Notes under the pieces: model-generated
What the model saw: only the letters and a program-made list of their open reading frames with translations
Told to the model about the DNA's origin: nothing
Databases searched by the model: none
Assembly (NCBI RefSeq): GCF_000009605.1
Contig: NC_002528.1
Coordinates: 1-32,000 of the forward strand
From: Buchnera aphidicola str. APS (Acyrthosiphon pisum)
GTDB lineage: Bacteria > Pseudomonadota > Gammaproteobacteria > Enterobacterales > Enterobacteriaceae
Reading direction: 5' to 3'
Length of the DNA: 32,000 nt
Shown: positions 15,011-25,944 of the stretch, piece by piece
Numbering within the stretch: the first letter of the stretch is position 1
Layout of the letters: each line of letters opens with the position of its first letter
Position numbers and translations under genes: made by a program

Positions 15011-16609
15011 ATGGAAGTACAACGTAATTTTTTTATTTTTGCTTTTTTATTTGTTTCTTTTCTACTTTGGCAGGCATGGCAAAGTCAAATGTTTTTAAAT
15101 AAAAAAACAAATGAAAAAATAGATCCAATTTTTCATTTTATTGATGTAAAAAAAAATAAAAAGAAAATTTTTATCAAAAATGATGTAATTAGTTTAGTTG
15201 TTAATATGTATGGTGGTGATGTAGAAGAGGCATCTTTACTCGCATACAAGGATACATTATATTCATCTAGACCTTTTAAATTACTTGAAACTGGATCGGA
15301 TTTTATTTATCAGGCACAAAGCGGATTAATTGGAAAAGATGGACCTGATAGTTCAATAAATGATAGTAGACCATTATATTCTGCTAATAAAAATTTTTTT
15401 GTATTAGGACCTAACGAAAAAGAATTGCGTGTTCCTATCAAATGGTTAAGTAAAAATGGTGTAATTTATAAAAAAACTTTTATTCTTAAACCAAATAGAT
15501 ATGATGTTCAAATAGAGTATGACGTCTATAATCCAAGCAAAGAAAGTTTGAATATGAATATATTTGGACAAATAAAACAAACAATCAATTTACCTAAAAA
15601 ACGTAATGTTTATAGTGGAAATTTTGCTCTTCAAACTTTTCGTGGTGCAGCTTATTCAAGTGATGATAATAAATATGAAAAATATAAATTTGATATGATC
15701 GCTAATAATAAAAACTTGCATATTATGACTGAAAGTGGATGGATAGCAATGCTACAACAATATTTTGCTGTTGCTTGGATTCCTGATAATTTAGGTAAAA
15801 ATACAATATATACATCTAGTTTAGATCATGACACAGCGGTAATTGGATATAAGTCTCCTATAATTAATATTCCACCTAATTCTAGATCGATTATAAAATC
15901 AAAGTTATGGATTGGTCCGAAAATACAGAAAGAAATGAAATTAGTTGCGCCAAATTTAGATTTAACAGTTGATTACGGTTGGCTTTGGTTTTTATCTCAA
16001 CCATTATTTAAATTACTAACTATTTTATATAGTATTATAGGAAATTGGGGTTTTTCTATTATTTTAATTACTTTTATTATGAGAGGGTTAACTTATCCTT
16101 TAACAAAAGCGCAGTATATTTCCATGGCAAAAATGCGTGCGTTACAACCTAAAATACAGGAAATAAAAGAAAAATTTTCAAAAGATAAACAACGTATTAG
16201 TCAGGAAATGATTTTGTTATATAAAAAAGAAAAAATAAACCCCTTAGGTGGATTTTTACCTATTTTTATTCAAATGCCAATTTTTCTATCTCTTTATTAT
16301 ATGCTTATAGGATCTGTTGAATTACGTCATGCTCCTTTTTTATTGTGGATTCATGATTTATCGAGTCAAGATCCTTACTATGTCCTGCCTGTGATAATGG
16401 GTTTAACAATGTTTTTTATTCAAAAGATATCTTCTACTAATCATATTTCTGATCCACTTCAAAAAAAGATTATGAATTTTATGCCGGTGATTTTTACTGC
16501 GTTTTTTTTATGGTTTCCTTCAGGATTAGTTTTGTACTATATAATTAGTAATTTAGTCACTATTATACAACAAAAGTTTATCTTATCTAACTTAGAAAAA
16601 AATAGATAA
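15011..16609 (+). CDS. yidC: Membrane protein insertase YidC
   Basis: 532 aa. The N-terminal anchor (QRNFFIFAFLFVSFLLWQAW), periplasmic domain and C-terminal 5-TM core (...PLTKAQYISMAKMRALQPKIQ...FFLWFPSGLVLYYIISNLVTIIQQ) are all collinear with E. coli YidC. Confidence 0.96.
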   Translation: MEVQRNFFIFAFLFVSFLLWQAWQSQMFLNKKTNEKIDPIFHFIDVKKNKKKIFIKNDVISLVVNMYGGDVEEASLLAYKDTLYSSRPFKLLETGSDFIYQAQSGLIGKDGPDSSINDSRPLYSANKNFFVLGPNEKELRVPIKWLSKNGVIYKKTFILKPNRYDVQIEYDVYNPSKESLNMNIFGQIKQTINLPKKRNVYSGNFALQTFRGAAYSSDDNKYEKYKFDMIANNKNLHIMTESGWIAMLQQYFAVAWIPDNLGKNTIYTSSLDHDTAVIGYKSPIINIPPNSRSIIKSKLWIGPKIQKEMKLVAPNLDLTVDYGWLWFLSQPLFKLLTILYSIIGNWGFSIILITFIMRGLTYPLTKAQYISMAKMRALQPKIQEIKEKFSKDKQRISQEMILLYKKEKINPLGGFLPIFIQMPIFLSLYYMLIGSVELRHAPFLLWIHDLSSQDPYYVLPVIMGLTMFFIQKISSTNHISDPLQKKIMNFMPVIFTAFFLWFPSGLVLYYIISNLVTIIQQKFILSNLEKNR

Positions 16610-16647
16610 AATTGTTTGATTTTTGATATATATAAAGAAAATAATTT

Positions 16648-18009
16648 ATGATGCGTAATGAAACTATTGTCGCCCAAGTTACCTGTCCAGGAAAAAGTGC
16701 TGTTGGAATATTGAGAATATCTGGTTTTCAGACAAAGATAGTTGCTATAAAAATTTTAGGTAAAATTCCACTAGCTAGATTTGCGACTTATTCAAACTTT
16801 TTAGATGAAAATAATGAAATATTAGATAAAGGAATATCTTTATGGTTTCCTGCTCCTCATTCTTTAACAGGTGAAGATGTACTAGAATTACAAGGCCATG
16901 GTAGTCCATTAATAATGGATTTACTAATAAGAAGGATTTTGTCTATTAATAATATTAGAATGGCTAAACCAGGGGAATTTTCTGAACGTGCTTTTTTAAA
17001 TGGAAAAATGGATTTAATTCAAGCGGAATCTATAGATGATTTAATTAATTCAGAAACAGAATTATCCGCTCGTGCTTCATTAAATTCATTACAAGGAAAA
17101 TTTTCTTTTTTTATTAAAGAACTGATGAATTTGATTATTGAATTTCGTATTAATATAGAATCAAATATAGACTTTTCAGAAGAAGAAATTAATATTAATA
17201 TGCAGGATATAATTAATATAAAATTTCGAGAACTACATGATAAATTTTTGAAATTAAAGGCTACAGTTTTAAAAGGAAGTCTCTTAAGAGAAGGGAAAAA
17301 AATCGTAATTGCTGGACTTCCTAATTCCGGGAAGTCTAGCTTATTAAATATTTTATCATATTCTGATAGAGCTATAGTAACTGATATACCTGGTACTACA
17401 CGAGATCTTCTATATGAAGATATCAGTATTAATGGTGTTAGATGTGAATTAATTGATACAGCAGGTCTGCGTGATACAGATGATAAAGTTGAACGTATTG
17501 GTATCATGCGTGCTTGGGAAATGATTAGAAAATCTGATCATGTTCTTTTTGTAATTGATAAGACACTTAGTAAATCAAAACAAAAAAAAATATGTGATGA
17601 TTTTATGAAAAATATTTTAAACAATAAAACTCAAGTAACATTTGTTTTAAATAAAAACGATTTAATAAAAGATGAATTTGGTATTAAAGAAATAGATGGA
17701 ACGGCATTTATTAGTATATCAGCACGTACAGGTGAGGGTGTTAATATTTTACGTGAACATATAATAAAAATTGAAAAAAATATAAATAATGAAAGTGTTT
17801 TCATTGCTCGTCGTCGTCATATCAAACAACTTGATTTAGCGTACGATGAGTTTTTAACTGCCGAAAATACATGGAGAGAGTCTGAGAATATTGAATTACT
17901 AGCAGAATCTTTAAGTATTATAAGTAAGTTTTTAGGCGAGATAATAGGTCAGTGTACTTCTGAAGACTTATTAAATCATATTTTCTCAAGTTTTTGTATT
18001 GGAAAATAA
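16648..18009 (+). CDS. mnmE: tRNA modification GTPase MnmE (TrmE/ThdF)
   Basis: 453 aa. Matches include [15 protein letters not shown], the G domain [12 protein letters not shown] and DTAGLR, and the invariant C-terminus FSSFCIGK. Confidence 0.96.
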
Positions 18010-18028
18010 ATTTTAAAAGAACAAAATT

Positions 18029-18101
18029 TGCCCGGAGGCGGAATTGAACCACCGACACGGGGATTTTCAGTCCCCTGCTCTACCAACTGAGCTATCCGGG
18101 C
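18029..18101 (-). tRNA. pheV-like: tRNA-Phe (anticodon GAA), 73 nt, no encoded 3' CCA
   Basis: The reverse complement is GCCCGGATAGCTCAGTTGGTAGAGCAGGGGACTGAAAATCCCCGTGTCGGTGGTTCAATTCCGCCTCCGGGCA. It folds as a cloverleaf: 7-bp acceptor stem, 4-bp D stem, 5-bp anticodon stem with loop CTGAAAA, and a 5-bp T stem containing one G-U pair. It is near-identical to E. coli tRNA-Phe. The discriminator A is followed by AAT, not CCA. Confidence 0.95.
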
Positions 18102-18110
18102 TTTTTTTAT

Positions 18111-18140
18111 ATTAAATCATCAAATGTAAAATGTTGTCAA
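18111..18140 (-). promoter_or_regulatory. Candidate sigma70 promoter for tRNA-Phe (TTGACA - 18 nt - TTTAAT)
   Basis: On the minus strand there is a perfect -35 TTGACA (plus-strand 18135-18140) and a -10 TTTAAT (18111-18116). The -10 ends 9 nt before the mature tRNA 5' end. Confidence 0.45.
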
Positions 18141-18261
18141 TGTTTTTTATTGTAAAAATTTTTTATATTTATATTTTATTGTTTTTTTAAAAAAAATTAC
18201 TTTTTTAAAATATTTTAAAATATAAACTTTCTTAAATAAAAAAATAAAAAAATAATTTTTA

Positions 18262-18292
18262 CCCTTGAAAGTTTTAATAAATATCCCTATAT
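18262..18292 (+). promoter_or_regulatory. sigma32 (RpoH) heat-shock promoter of groES-groEL
   Basis: CCCTTGAAA at 18262-18270 and CCCTATAT at 18285-18292 match the sigma32 consensus CCCTTGAA - 13-17 nt - CCCCATnT. About 15 nt separate CTTGAA from the -10 element. The promoter lies about 84 nt upstream of the groES ATG, as in the E. coli groE promoter. Confidence 0.75.
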
Positions 18293-18375
18293 TTAAAATA
18301 AGAGAAAAATATTAAATTAATAAAAAATAATTTTTTAAAATAATCTAGAAAGATTATTTACAGGAGCATTATCAT

Positions 18376-18666
18376 ATGAAAATTCGTCCATTGCATGATC
18401 GTGTGCTTGTTAAGCGTCAAGAAGTCGAATCAAAATCTGCAGGTGGTATTGTATTAACAGGATCTGCTGCAGGGAAATCGACTCGAGGAACAGTGACAGC
18501 TGTTGGAAAAGGTCGTGTTTTAGATAATGGAGACATTAAACCATTAGATGTAAAAGTTGGTGATGTTGTTATTTTTAATGAAGGTTATGGTGCAAAAACA
18601 GAAAAAATTGATAACGAAGAATTATTAATTCTAACTGAAAGCGACATTTTAGCAATTGTTGAATAG
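18376..18666 (+). CDS. groES: Co-chaperonin GroES
   Basis: 96 aa. [38 protein letters not shown]... is collinear with E. coli GroES. An AGGAG Shine-Dalgarno lies upstream. Confidence 0.97.
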   Translation: MKIRPLHDRVLVKRQEVESKSAGGIVLTGSAAGKSTRGTVTAVGKGRVLDNGDIKPLDVKVGDVVIFNEGYGAKTEKIDNEELLILTESDILAIVE

Positions 18667-18690
18667 TAAACCACATGCTATATCCATTGA

Positions 18691-20361
<1,671 letters not shown>

Positions 20362-20410
20362 TAAAAAGTTTATTTTATTACAATTTTTTGAAACAATTTT
20401 AAAAATACCT

Positions 20411-20443
20411 TTCCTCAGAATCACTATTCTGAGGAAATTTTTT
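20411..20443 (+). terminator. Rho-independent terminator of groESL
   Basis: TTCCTCAGAAT at 20411-20421 is the exact reverse complement of ATTCTGAGGAA at 20426-20436. The loop is CACT. The stem is followed by ATTTTTT, with the T run at 20438-20443. It lies 50 nt after the groEL stop. Confidence 0.85.
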
Positions 20444-21026
20444 ATGTTCTTTGAATATAGAAATTATTTTACTTTTGAAATAAATGATTAGAATCTTGTT
20501 CTAATAACGTTTAAAAATAATCAGCACTATTTTCTAATATTGAATATATAAAAATATTTTTATGTAAAAAAAAATCTCTAAATTTTTTTGAATCAGTATT
20601 ATTAAATACTTTAATAGTAAAATTACAATCAATAAAACAATAGTACCTTTTTTAATTTATAAAAATAACTCATCAAATAGTATTTTATTTTTTTGATACT
20701 AAACATCATTTAAGGTGATAATTTTAGAAGGAGCTAAATACATATTAAAGATTTATATATAGAGGTGCTATAACGATCATCTATTTTAAATTTTTTATAT
20801 TTTTTTATAAAACTTGGATTCAAAATGTAATTGTAGGTATTTTATATGCTTATATAATGATTTTTTTAAAAATTATATTTAGCATTTAAAATATTATTTT
20901 CTTATATAGAAGACTATACTTTACTTTATTTGTGTATTATATTTTTATGTTAGAATATATTTTACTTAGCAACATAAATTAATAATGTTATATAATCAGA
21001 AATCTTTTCATATAAATAGAGGTTGT

Positions 21027-21596
21027 ATGAGAATATATCATAGTAATAATTTTCGTTCAGGTCGTAAAATTATTTTCGAAAACGAGCCGTGTTTGATAGA
21101 ATCTAGTGAATTTGTAAAACCTGGAAAAGGTCAATCTTTTGTTCGTGTAAAATTGAGAAAATTATTAACAAAACAACTTATAGAGAAAACATTTAAATCT
21201 ACAGATTCTTTAGAAATCGCTGATATTATAGAATATACACTTTCTTATTTATATAATGACGGTCGTTTTTGGTATTTTATAAATAATAATACTTTTGAGG
21301 AGTTATCAGTAGATGAAAAAATTATTGGAGTACATAAAAAATGGTTATTAGAACAAGATACATGTATTGTAACTTTATGGAATAATCAACCTATCTCAAT
21401 TACACCTAATAATTTTGTCAATCTAAAAGTCATACATGTTCAAGCAACTCTAAAAGGCGATACTATTAATACTAGTAGTACTAAATTAGCTACATTAAGT
21501 ACAGGTGCTATTGTAAGAGTCCCGTTGTTTATTCAAGTTGGTTCATTAATTAAAGTAGATACAAGATCGGGTGAATATGTATCGCGAATAAAATAG
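21027..21596 (+). CDS. efp: Translation elongation factor P
   Basis: From ORF 20985..21596, trimmed to ATG21027 with AGAGG at 21018-21022. [48 protein letters not shown] aligns with the E. coli EF-P start, including the KPGKGQ loop that carries the modified lysine. The C-terminus matches as well (...[14 protein letters not shown]). Confidence 0.95.
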   Translation: MRIYHSNNFRSGRKIIFENEPCLIESSEFVKPGKGQSFVRVKLRKLLTKQLIEKTFKSTDSLEIADIIEYTLSYLYNDGRFWYFINNNTFEELSVDEKIIGVHKKWLLEQDTCIVTLWNNQPISITPNNFVNLKVIHVQATLKGDTINTSSTKLATLSTGAIVRVPLFIQVGSLIKVDTRSGEYVSRIK

Positions 21597-21613
21597 AAAA
21601 ATTTTTTTATATA

Positions 21614-22354
21614 TTAGTATTCATTTCCCTTAACATATTGTCTGTAACTATCCCATTCAAAAGTTAACCATAAACTATTTCCTAAACGCATTCTATCAAT
21701 GACTCTTTCACCTAATAAACTTTTCATTCCTTTATGATCTAAATTAGACAACATTCCAGTAGAACGTTTTGAAGATGATCTTCTATCAACTATTTGATTA
21801 ATAATTACTTTTTCGTAACGAGATTCAGTTTGCATACCAATTTCATCAATCATTAACAAATCGACGCTGCTTAGATCATGTAATAAATTTTCTTCAGTGA
21901 TATTACTAGTCCCACTAAACGTTCCTTTCATATTAGACATTAAATCAGCTACTGTTACAAGTAAAATGCTCTTTCCATGTAAAATTAAGTAATTTCCTAT
22001 AGCAGATGCCAAATGATTTTTTCCTGTTCCGGGTTTACCTGAAAAAATAAAACTAGCAATATTTTCATTAAATTCTTCTGCATAGCGTTTCGATGCTTTT
22101 AGTACTTTTCTTTGACCATCATGTTCGATTTTATAATTGTCAAATGAACAGTTCATATATAATTCTCGAATACCTGATCTGCCTAGTACACGTTGCATTT
22201 TCATTGCTTTATTTTCACGTATTATAGATTCAGATGACAATCTTCCTTGTTCTTGATTCCAAGCTAATAAGTCTTCATCATTATCAAATTTAGGTTTAAT
22301 ATTTTTAGGCATAAGACGTTGAAGACGTTTAAAAAATTCAGTATAAAATGTCAT
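21614..22354 (-). CDS. dnaC: Replicative helicase loader DnaC
   Basis: 246 aa. ...NIASFIFSGKPGTGKNHLASAI... (Walker A) and ...YEKVIINQIVDRRSSSKRSTGMLSN...RMRLGNSLW... are collinear with E. coli DnaC (245 aa). Confidence 0.95.
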   Translation of the reverse strand: MTFYTEFFKRLQRLMPKNIKPKFDNDEDLLAWNQEQGRLSSESIIRENKAMKMQRVLGRSGIRELYMNCSFDNYKIEHDGQRKVLKASKRYAEEFNENIASFIFSGKPGTGKNHLASAIGNYLILHGKSILLVTVADLMSNMKGTFSGTSNITEENLLHDLSSVDLLMIDEIGMQTESRYEKVIINQIVDRRSSSKRSTGMLSNLDHKGMKSLLGERVIDRMRLGNSLWLTFEWDSYRQYVKGNEY

Positions 22355-22848
22355 TATTTACCTCTAAATCCATTTGGTACAGTTTGATCGGGTGTTGGAA
22401 TATATGTAATGTCTCGTTTTTTTTGTGACATGTAACTAATTGATCTGCTTTTTTGTAGACTTCGAGCTAATTTTTGCTGCCATTGTATATGATGAAAAAA
22501 ACAACCTTCTGCTTGCCAATAAGAAATAAAAGATGCCAGTTCAGATTCTAATATTTCTTCAGTCAACGTAATCCCCCATAATGCAGCTTGACGAATGAAA
22601 TCTTTATCTGGAGTCCATTGTGGATGCATAGAAAATTTTTTTGAGATTTGTTGTTTTGTTTTATCTAGATCTAACAGATTACATTCAAGATCAAATATTT
22701 TTTTTAATATATAAGGTGTAATTACATAAAAAATAGGGGATTTATTTTTTAATACTCCTATAATTCCTTTGTTTGATTTTTCTAAAATTTTTATGGGATT
22801 TTTACAAAATAATTCAAGAGATATATTATCGGAAATTAAAATCTTCAT
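22354..22848 (-). CDS. dnaT: Primosomal protein DnaT
   Basis: 164 aa. The C-terminal half ...DFIRQAALWGITL...ELASFISYWQAEGCFFHHIQWQQKLARSLQ...PNGFRGK matches E. coli DnaT. Its stop overlaps the dnaC start by 1 nt (TAATG), and dnaT-dnaC form an operon as in E. coli. Confidence 0.9.
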   Translation of the reverse strand: MKILISDNISLELFCKNPIKILEKSNKGIIGVLKNKSPIFYVITPYILKKIFDLECNLLDLDKTKQQISKKFSMHPQWTPDKDFIRQAALWGITLTEEILESELASFISYWQAEGCFFHHIQWQQKLARSLQKSRSISYMSQKKRDITYIPTPDQTVPNGFRGK

Positions 22849-22944
22849 AAGTATTTCACTGTATTTAATTTTTTAAAATGTTTACGTATATTGTATATTA
22901 TCGGACTTTTTAAAACAAAATATTATTATTCTTATTGATTGATC

Positions 22945-23520
22945 TTATGTACTGCAAATATATAGATAGCATTGTATTTGATTTGTAATTTTTTTTTTAT
23001 ATAGAGTCCAATTTTTTGGTACAATTATGGATTGTTTTTTTTCTTGTTCTATATAAATAAAAGAATTTTTTTTAATCCATTTTTTATTTTCTAGTAAATT
23101 AATAGTTTTTTTAACTAATCCTTGATGATAAGGAGGATCAATAAAAATTATATCATATGGTTTGTTTCTAGTTTTTTTTAACCAATGCAGCGTATTAGTA
23201 CGTATAATTTCTACATTGTATATGTTTAACTCTTTTATATTTTTTTTAAGAGTAAGAAATGTTTTTTTTTCTATTTCTAATAAAGTTGAAAAGGCTGCAT
23301 AACGAGATATAGCTTCTATCCCTAATACACCACTACCTGCAAAACAATCAAGACATCGAGAGTTTTTAATGTATTTAGATAACCATTCAAATAGTGTTTC
23401 TCTTATTTGATTAGTAGTAGGACGTAAGTTTGGAATGTTTTTAAAAGATATCTTTCTTCCCTTAAGATTTCCAGAAATAATGTAAATTTTACTATTTTTT
23501 CTAAAAAAAGAATTGTTCAT
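22945..23520 (-). CDS. rsmD: 16S rRNA (guanine966-N2)-methyltransferase RsmD (YhhF)
   Basis: 191 aa. ...LRPTTNQIRETLFEWL...CLDCFAGSGVLGIEAISRYA...IIFIDPPY... matches E. coli RsmD motifs. It is divergent from ftsY, as in E. coli. Confidence 0.9.
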   Translation of the reverse strand: MNNSFFRKNSKIYIISGNLKGRKISFKNIPNLRPTTNQIRETLFEWLSKYIKNSRCLDCFAGSGVLGIEAISRYAAFSTLLEIEKKTFLTLKKNIKELNIYNVEIIRTNTLHWLKKTRNKPYDIIFIDPPYHQGLVKKTINLLENKKWIKKNSFIYIEQEKKQSIIVPKNWTLYKKKITNQIQCYLYICST

Positions 23521-23650
23521 TTTATTAAATTATTTATGTTAGTGATATAATTTATCTAAATATTAACAACGACTTAAAAATATTTTATTTTTTAATATTA
23601 GATATTTTGAGAAAAATAGTTTTGACTTATAAAGTAAAAGGCAAAATAAC

Positions 23651-24787
23651 ATGAAAGATAGTAAAAAAAATGGTTTTTTTTCTTGGTTAAGTTCTAAAAT
23701 AAAAAAAAAGAAAACAATAGATATTAGACAAAATAATACAGATAAAAATCATGATATTAATCATGAAGACTTATATACCAAGAAAGATCTTTTAATTAAA
23801 CAAGATAATCCTAAAAAAGATGAAATAGATACACTTAATGATCATGGTAAAGATATAGAGAAGGCACAAAACACAAAAAATAATTTTTTTTTGCGTTTGA
23901 AAAAAAGTTTAAAAACAACAAAAAAGAATCTTGGTGATAAAATTTATCAAATTTTTTTATCAAAAAAAATCGATGAAGTTCTTTTTGAAGAATTAGAAGA
24001 AAAAATGTTGTTAGCTGATATTGGAATTAATACCACTAATCGAATTATTAGTAATTTAATTAAAGATGTCAATCGTGAAGATTTAAAAAATTCTGAAAAA
24101 TTGTATTTTTTATTAAAAAGAAAAATGTTTAATATTTTAAAAAAAGTTGAAATACCTTTAGAAATATCTAGTCATAGTCCTTTTGTGATTTTAGTTGTAG
24201 GAGTCAATGGTACAGGAAAAACTACAACAGTTGCTAAACTTGCAGAAAAATATAAACTAGAAGGGAAATCTATCATGTTAGCTGCTGCAGATACATTTAG
24301 AGCTGCAGGTATAGAACAACTTCAAACATTAGGAAAATTAAACAATATACCTGTAATAGCACAACGTTCTGGTTCAGATCCTGCAGCAGTAATATTTGAT
24401 GCTGTAAAATCAGCTAAATCAAAAAAAATAGATGTTTTAATTATTGATACAGCGGGTAGATTGCATAATAAATTGCATTTAATAGAAGAGTTAAAAAAAA
24501 TAGTTAGAGTAATTAAAAAAATAGATATATCTGCACCACATGAAAAACTGTTAATTATTGATTCATGTAATGGACAAAATACAATACAACAAACAGAAAT
24601 ATTCCATAAAGCATTAAATTTAACTGGAATTATAATTACAAAGTTAGATGGAACGGCAAAAGGAGGAGTTGTTTTTTCTTTGGCTGATCAATTTCAAATT
24701 CCTATTCGTTATATTGGGATTGGTGAAAAAATGCAAGATTTAGGTCATTTTAATAGTCAAGAATTTATTGAGTCTATATTTACATAG
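23651..24787 (+). CDS. ftsY: Signal recognition particle receptor FtsY
   Basis: 378 aa. The NG domain (VGVNGTGKTTTVAKLA, DTAGRL, TKLDGTAKGG) is collinear with E. coli FtsY. The N-terminal KKNGFFSWL membrane-targeting motif is conserved. The A domain is much shorter than in E. coli. Confidence 0.95.
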   Translation: MKDSKKNGFFSWLSSKIKKKKTIDIRQNNTDKNHDINHEDLYTKKDLLIKQDNPKKDEIDTLNDHGKDIEKAQNTKNNFFLRLKKSLKTTKKNLGDKIYQIFLSKKIDEVLFEELEEKMLLADIGINTTNRIISNLIKDVNREDLKNSEKLYFLLKRKMFNILKKVEIPLEISSHSPFVILVVGVNGTGKTTTVAKLAEKYKLEGKSIMLAAADTFRAAGIEQLQTLGKLNNIPVIAQRSGSDPAAVIFDAVKSAKSKKIDVLIIDTAGRLHNKLHLIEELKKIVRVIKKIDISAPHEKLLIIDSCNGQNTIQQTEIFHKALNLTGIIITKLDGTAKGGVVFSLADQFQIPIRYIGIGEKMQDLGHFNSQEFIESIFT

Positions 24788-24862
24788 AAAAGGATATTAT
24801 TTTAAAAATAAAAATGTTCTATTTTTTATAAAATATAGTTTAATTATTTTTTGTATAAATCT

Positions 24863-24891
24863 TTGATTTATATTTTTAATTAAAGTACTAT
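24863..24891 (+). promoter_or_regulatory. Candidate sigma70 promoter for rpoH (TTGATT - 17 nt - TACTAT)
   Basis: The -35 lies at 24863-24868 and the -10 at 24886-24891, about 58 nt upstream of the rpoH ATG. This rests on hexamer matches only. Confidence 0.3.
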
Positions 24892-24949
24892 AGGTATATC
24901 CCACATGTTTATAATTCAGTATATATGATTCGTTGATGCGGGAATTAAA

Positions 24950-25804
24950 ATGATTAATAAAGTACAGATTTTATCTGTAACACCACCAGGTAATTTAGAT
25001 GCTTATATCAGAATAGCTAATTTATGGCCGATGCTGTCAATTGAAGAAGAAAAAAAATTAACCAAACGATTGCGTTATAATGGCGATTTAGATGCGGCAA
25101 AAACTTTAATTTTATCTCACCTCCGTTTTGTAATTCATATTTCACGTAACTATTCAGGATACGGTTTACTGCAATCTGATCTCATACAAGAAGGCAATAT
25201 AGGATTAATGAAAGCAGTACGTAGATTTAATCCAGAAATAGGCGTACGTCTTGTGTCTTTTGCAGTTCACTGGATTAAATCTGAAATACATGAGTATGTT
25301 TTACGTAATTGGCGTATCGTGAAAGTTGCTACTACTAAATCTCAAAGAAAACTATTTTTTAATTTAAGAAAAACAAAAAAAAGATTAGGATGGTTTAATG
25401 AAGAAGAAATTCAAATAGTAGCTAGAGAGTTAGGCGTTAGCAGTAGAGATGTAAGAGAAATGGAATCTCGAATGTCCGCTCAAGATGTTGCTTTTAATCC
25501 GTCACCTGAAGAGCATTGTGATAGTAAAACAAATAGCTCTATACAATATTTACAAGATAAAACTTCTAATTTTGCCAATGGAGTAGAACAAGATAATTGG
25601 GAAGAACATGCTGCGAATAAATTAAGTAGCGCGTTATTAAGATTAGATGAACGTAGTCGTCATATTATTCATGCGCGTTGGTTAGATAAAAATAAAAAAA
25701 ATACCTTGCAGAATATCGCAAATAATTATGGAATTTCTGCAGAACGCGTACGACAATTAGAAAAAAATGCAATGAAAAAATTAAAATTAGCCATAGAAGC
25801 TTAA
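24950..25804 (+). CDS. rpoH: RNA polymerase heat-shock sigma factor RpoH (sigma32)
   Basis: 284 aa, the same length as E. coli RpoH. ...[24 protein letters not shown]...[67 protein letters not shown]... includes the RpoH box. The C-terminus is ...[20 protein letters not shown]. Confidence 0.97.
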   Translation: MINKVQILSVTPPGNLDAYIRIANLWPMLSIEEEKKLTKRLRYNGDLDAAKTLILSHLRFVIHISRNYSGYGLLQSDLIQEGNIGLMKAVRRFNPEIGVRLVSFAVHWIKSEIHEYVLRNWRIVKVATTKSQRKLFFNLRKTKKRLGWFNEEEIQIVARELGVSSRDVREMESRMSAQDVAFNPSPEEHCDSKTNSSIQYLQDKTSNFANGVEQDNWEEHAANKLSSALLRLDERSRHIIHARWLDKNKKNTLQNIANNYGISAERVRQLEKNAMKKLKLAIEA

Positions 25805-25858
25805 TTAAAAATGACATTTTTAATACAAAAAAAATTTTTTATTAAAAATTATTTATAT

Positions 25859-25910
25859 AGAGTATGAGACTAAGTTTAATTCATTCAAAAAACTCATACT
25901 CTTTTTTTTT
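25859..25910 (+). terminator. Rho-independent terminator after rpoH (also faces the glmS 3' end)
   Basis: AGAGTATGAG at 25859-25868 is the exact reverse complement of CTCATACTCT at 25893-25902. The loop is 24 nt, and the stem is followed by T8 at 25903-25910. Confidence 0.6.
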
Positions 25911-25944
25911 AGATTAATGAAAATTTTTTATAGATTAATAAATT

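Noticed and set aside
17019-17507. 162-aa ORF antisense to mnmE, surprisingly long for a genome this A/T-rich
   Set aside because: In this register an antisense stop needs a sense codon ending in T or C followed by a Tyr codon, or one ending in T followed by a His or Gln codon. This part of MnmE has very few Tyr, His or Gln residues. The predicted peptide is low-complexity Ser/Ile/Phe-rich, as expected from complementing Glu/Asn/Asp/Lys codons. There is no Shine-Dalgarno. It is a shadow ORF.
24890-24915. CCCACATGT upstream of rpoH resembling a sigma32 -10 element (autoregulation)
   Set aside because: The nearest CTTGAA-like element (CTTTGAT at 24861-24867) lies about 30 nt upstream, well outside the 13-17 nt spacing sigma32 needs.
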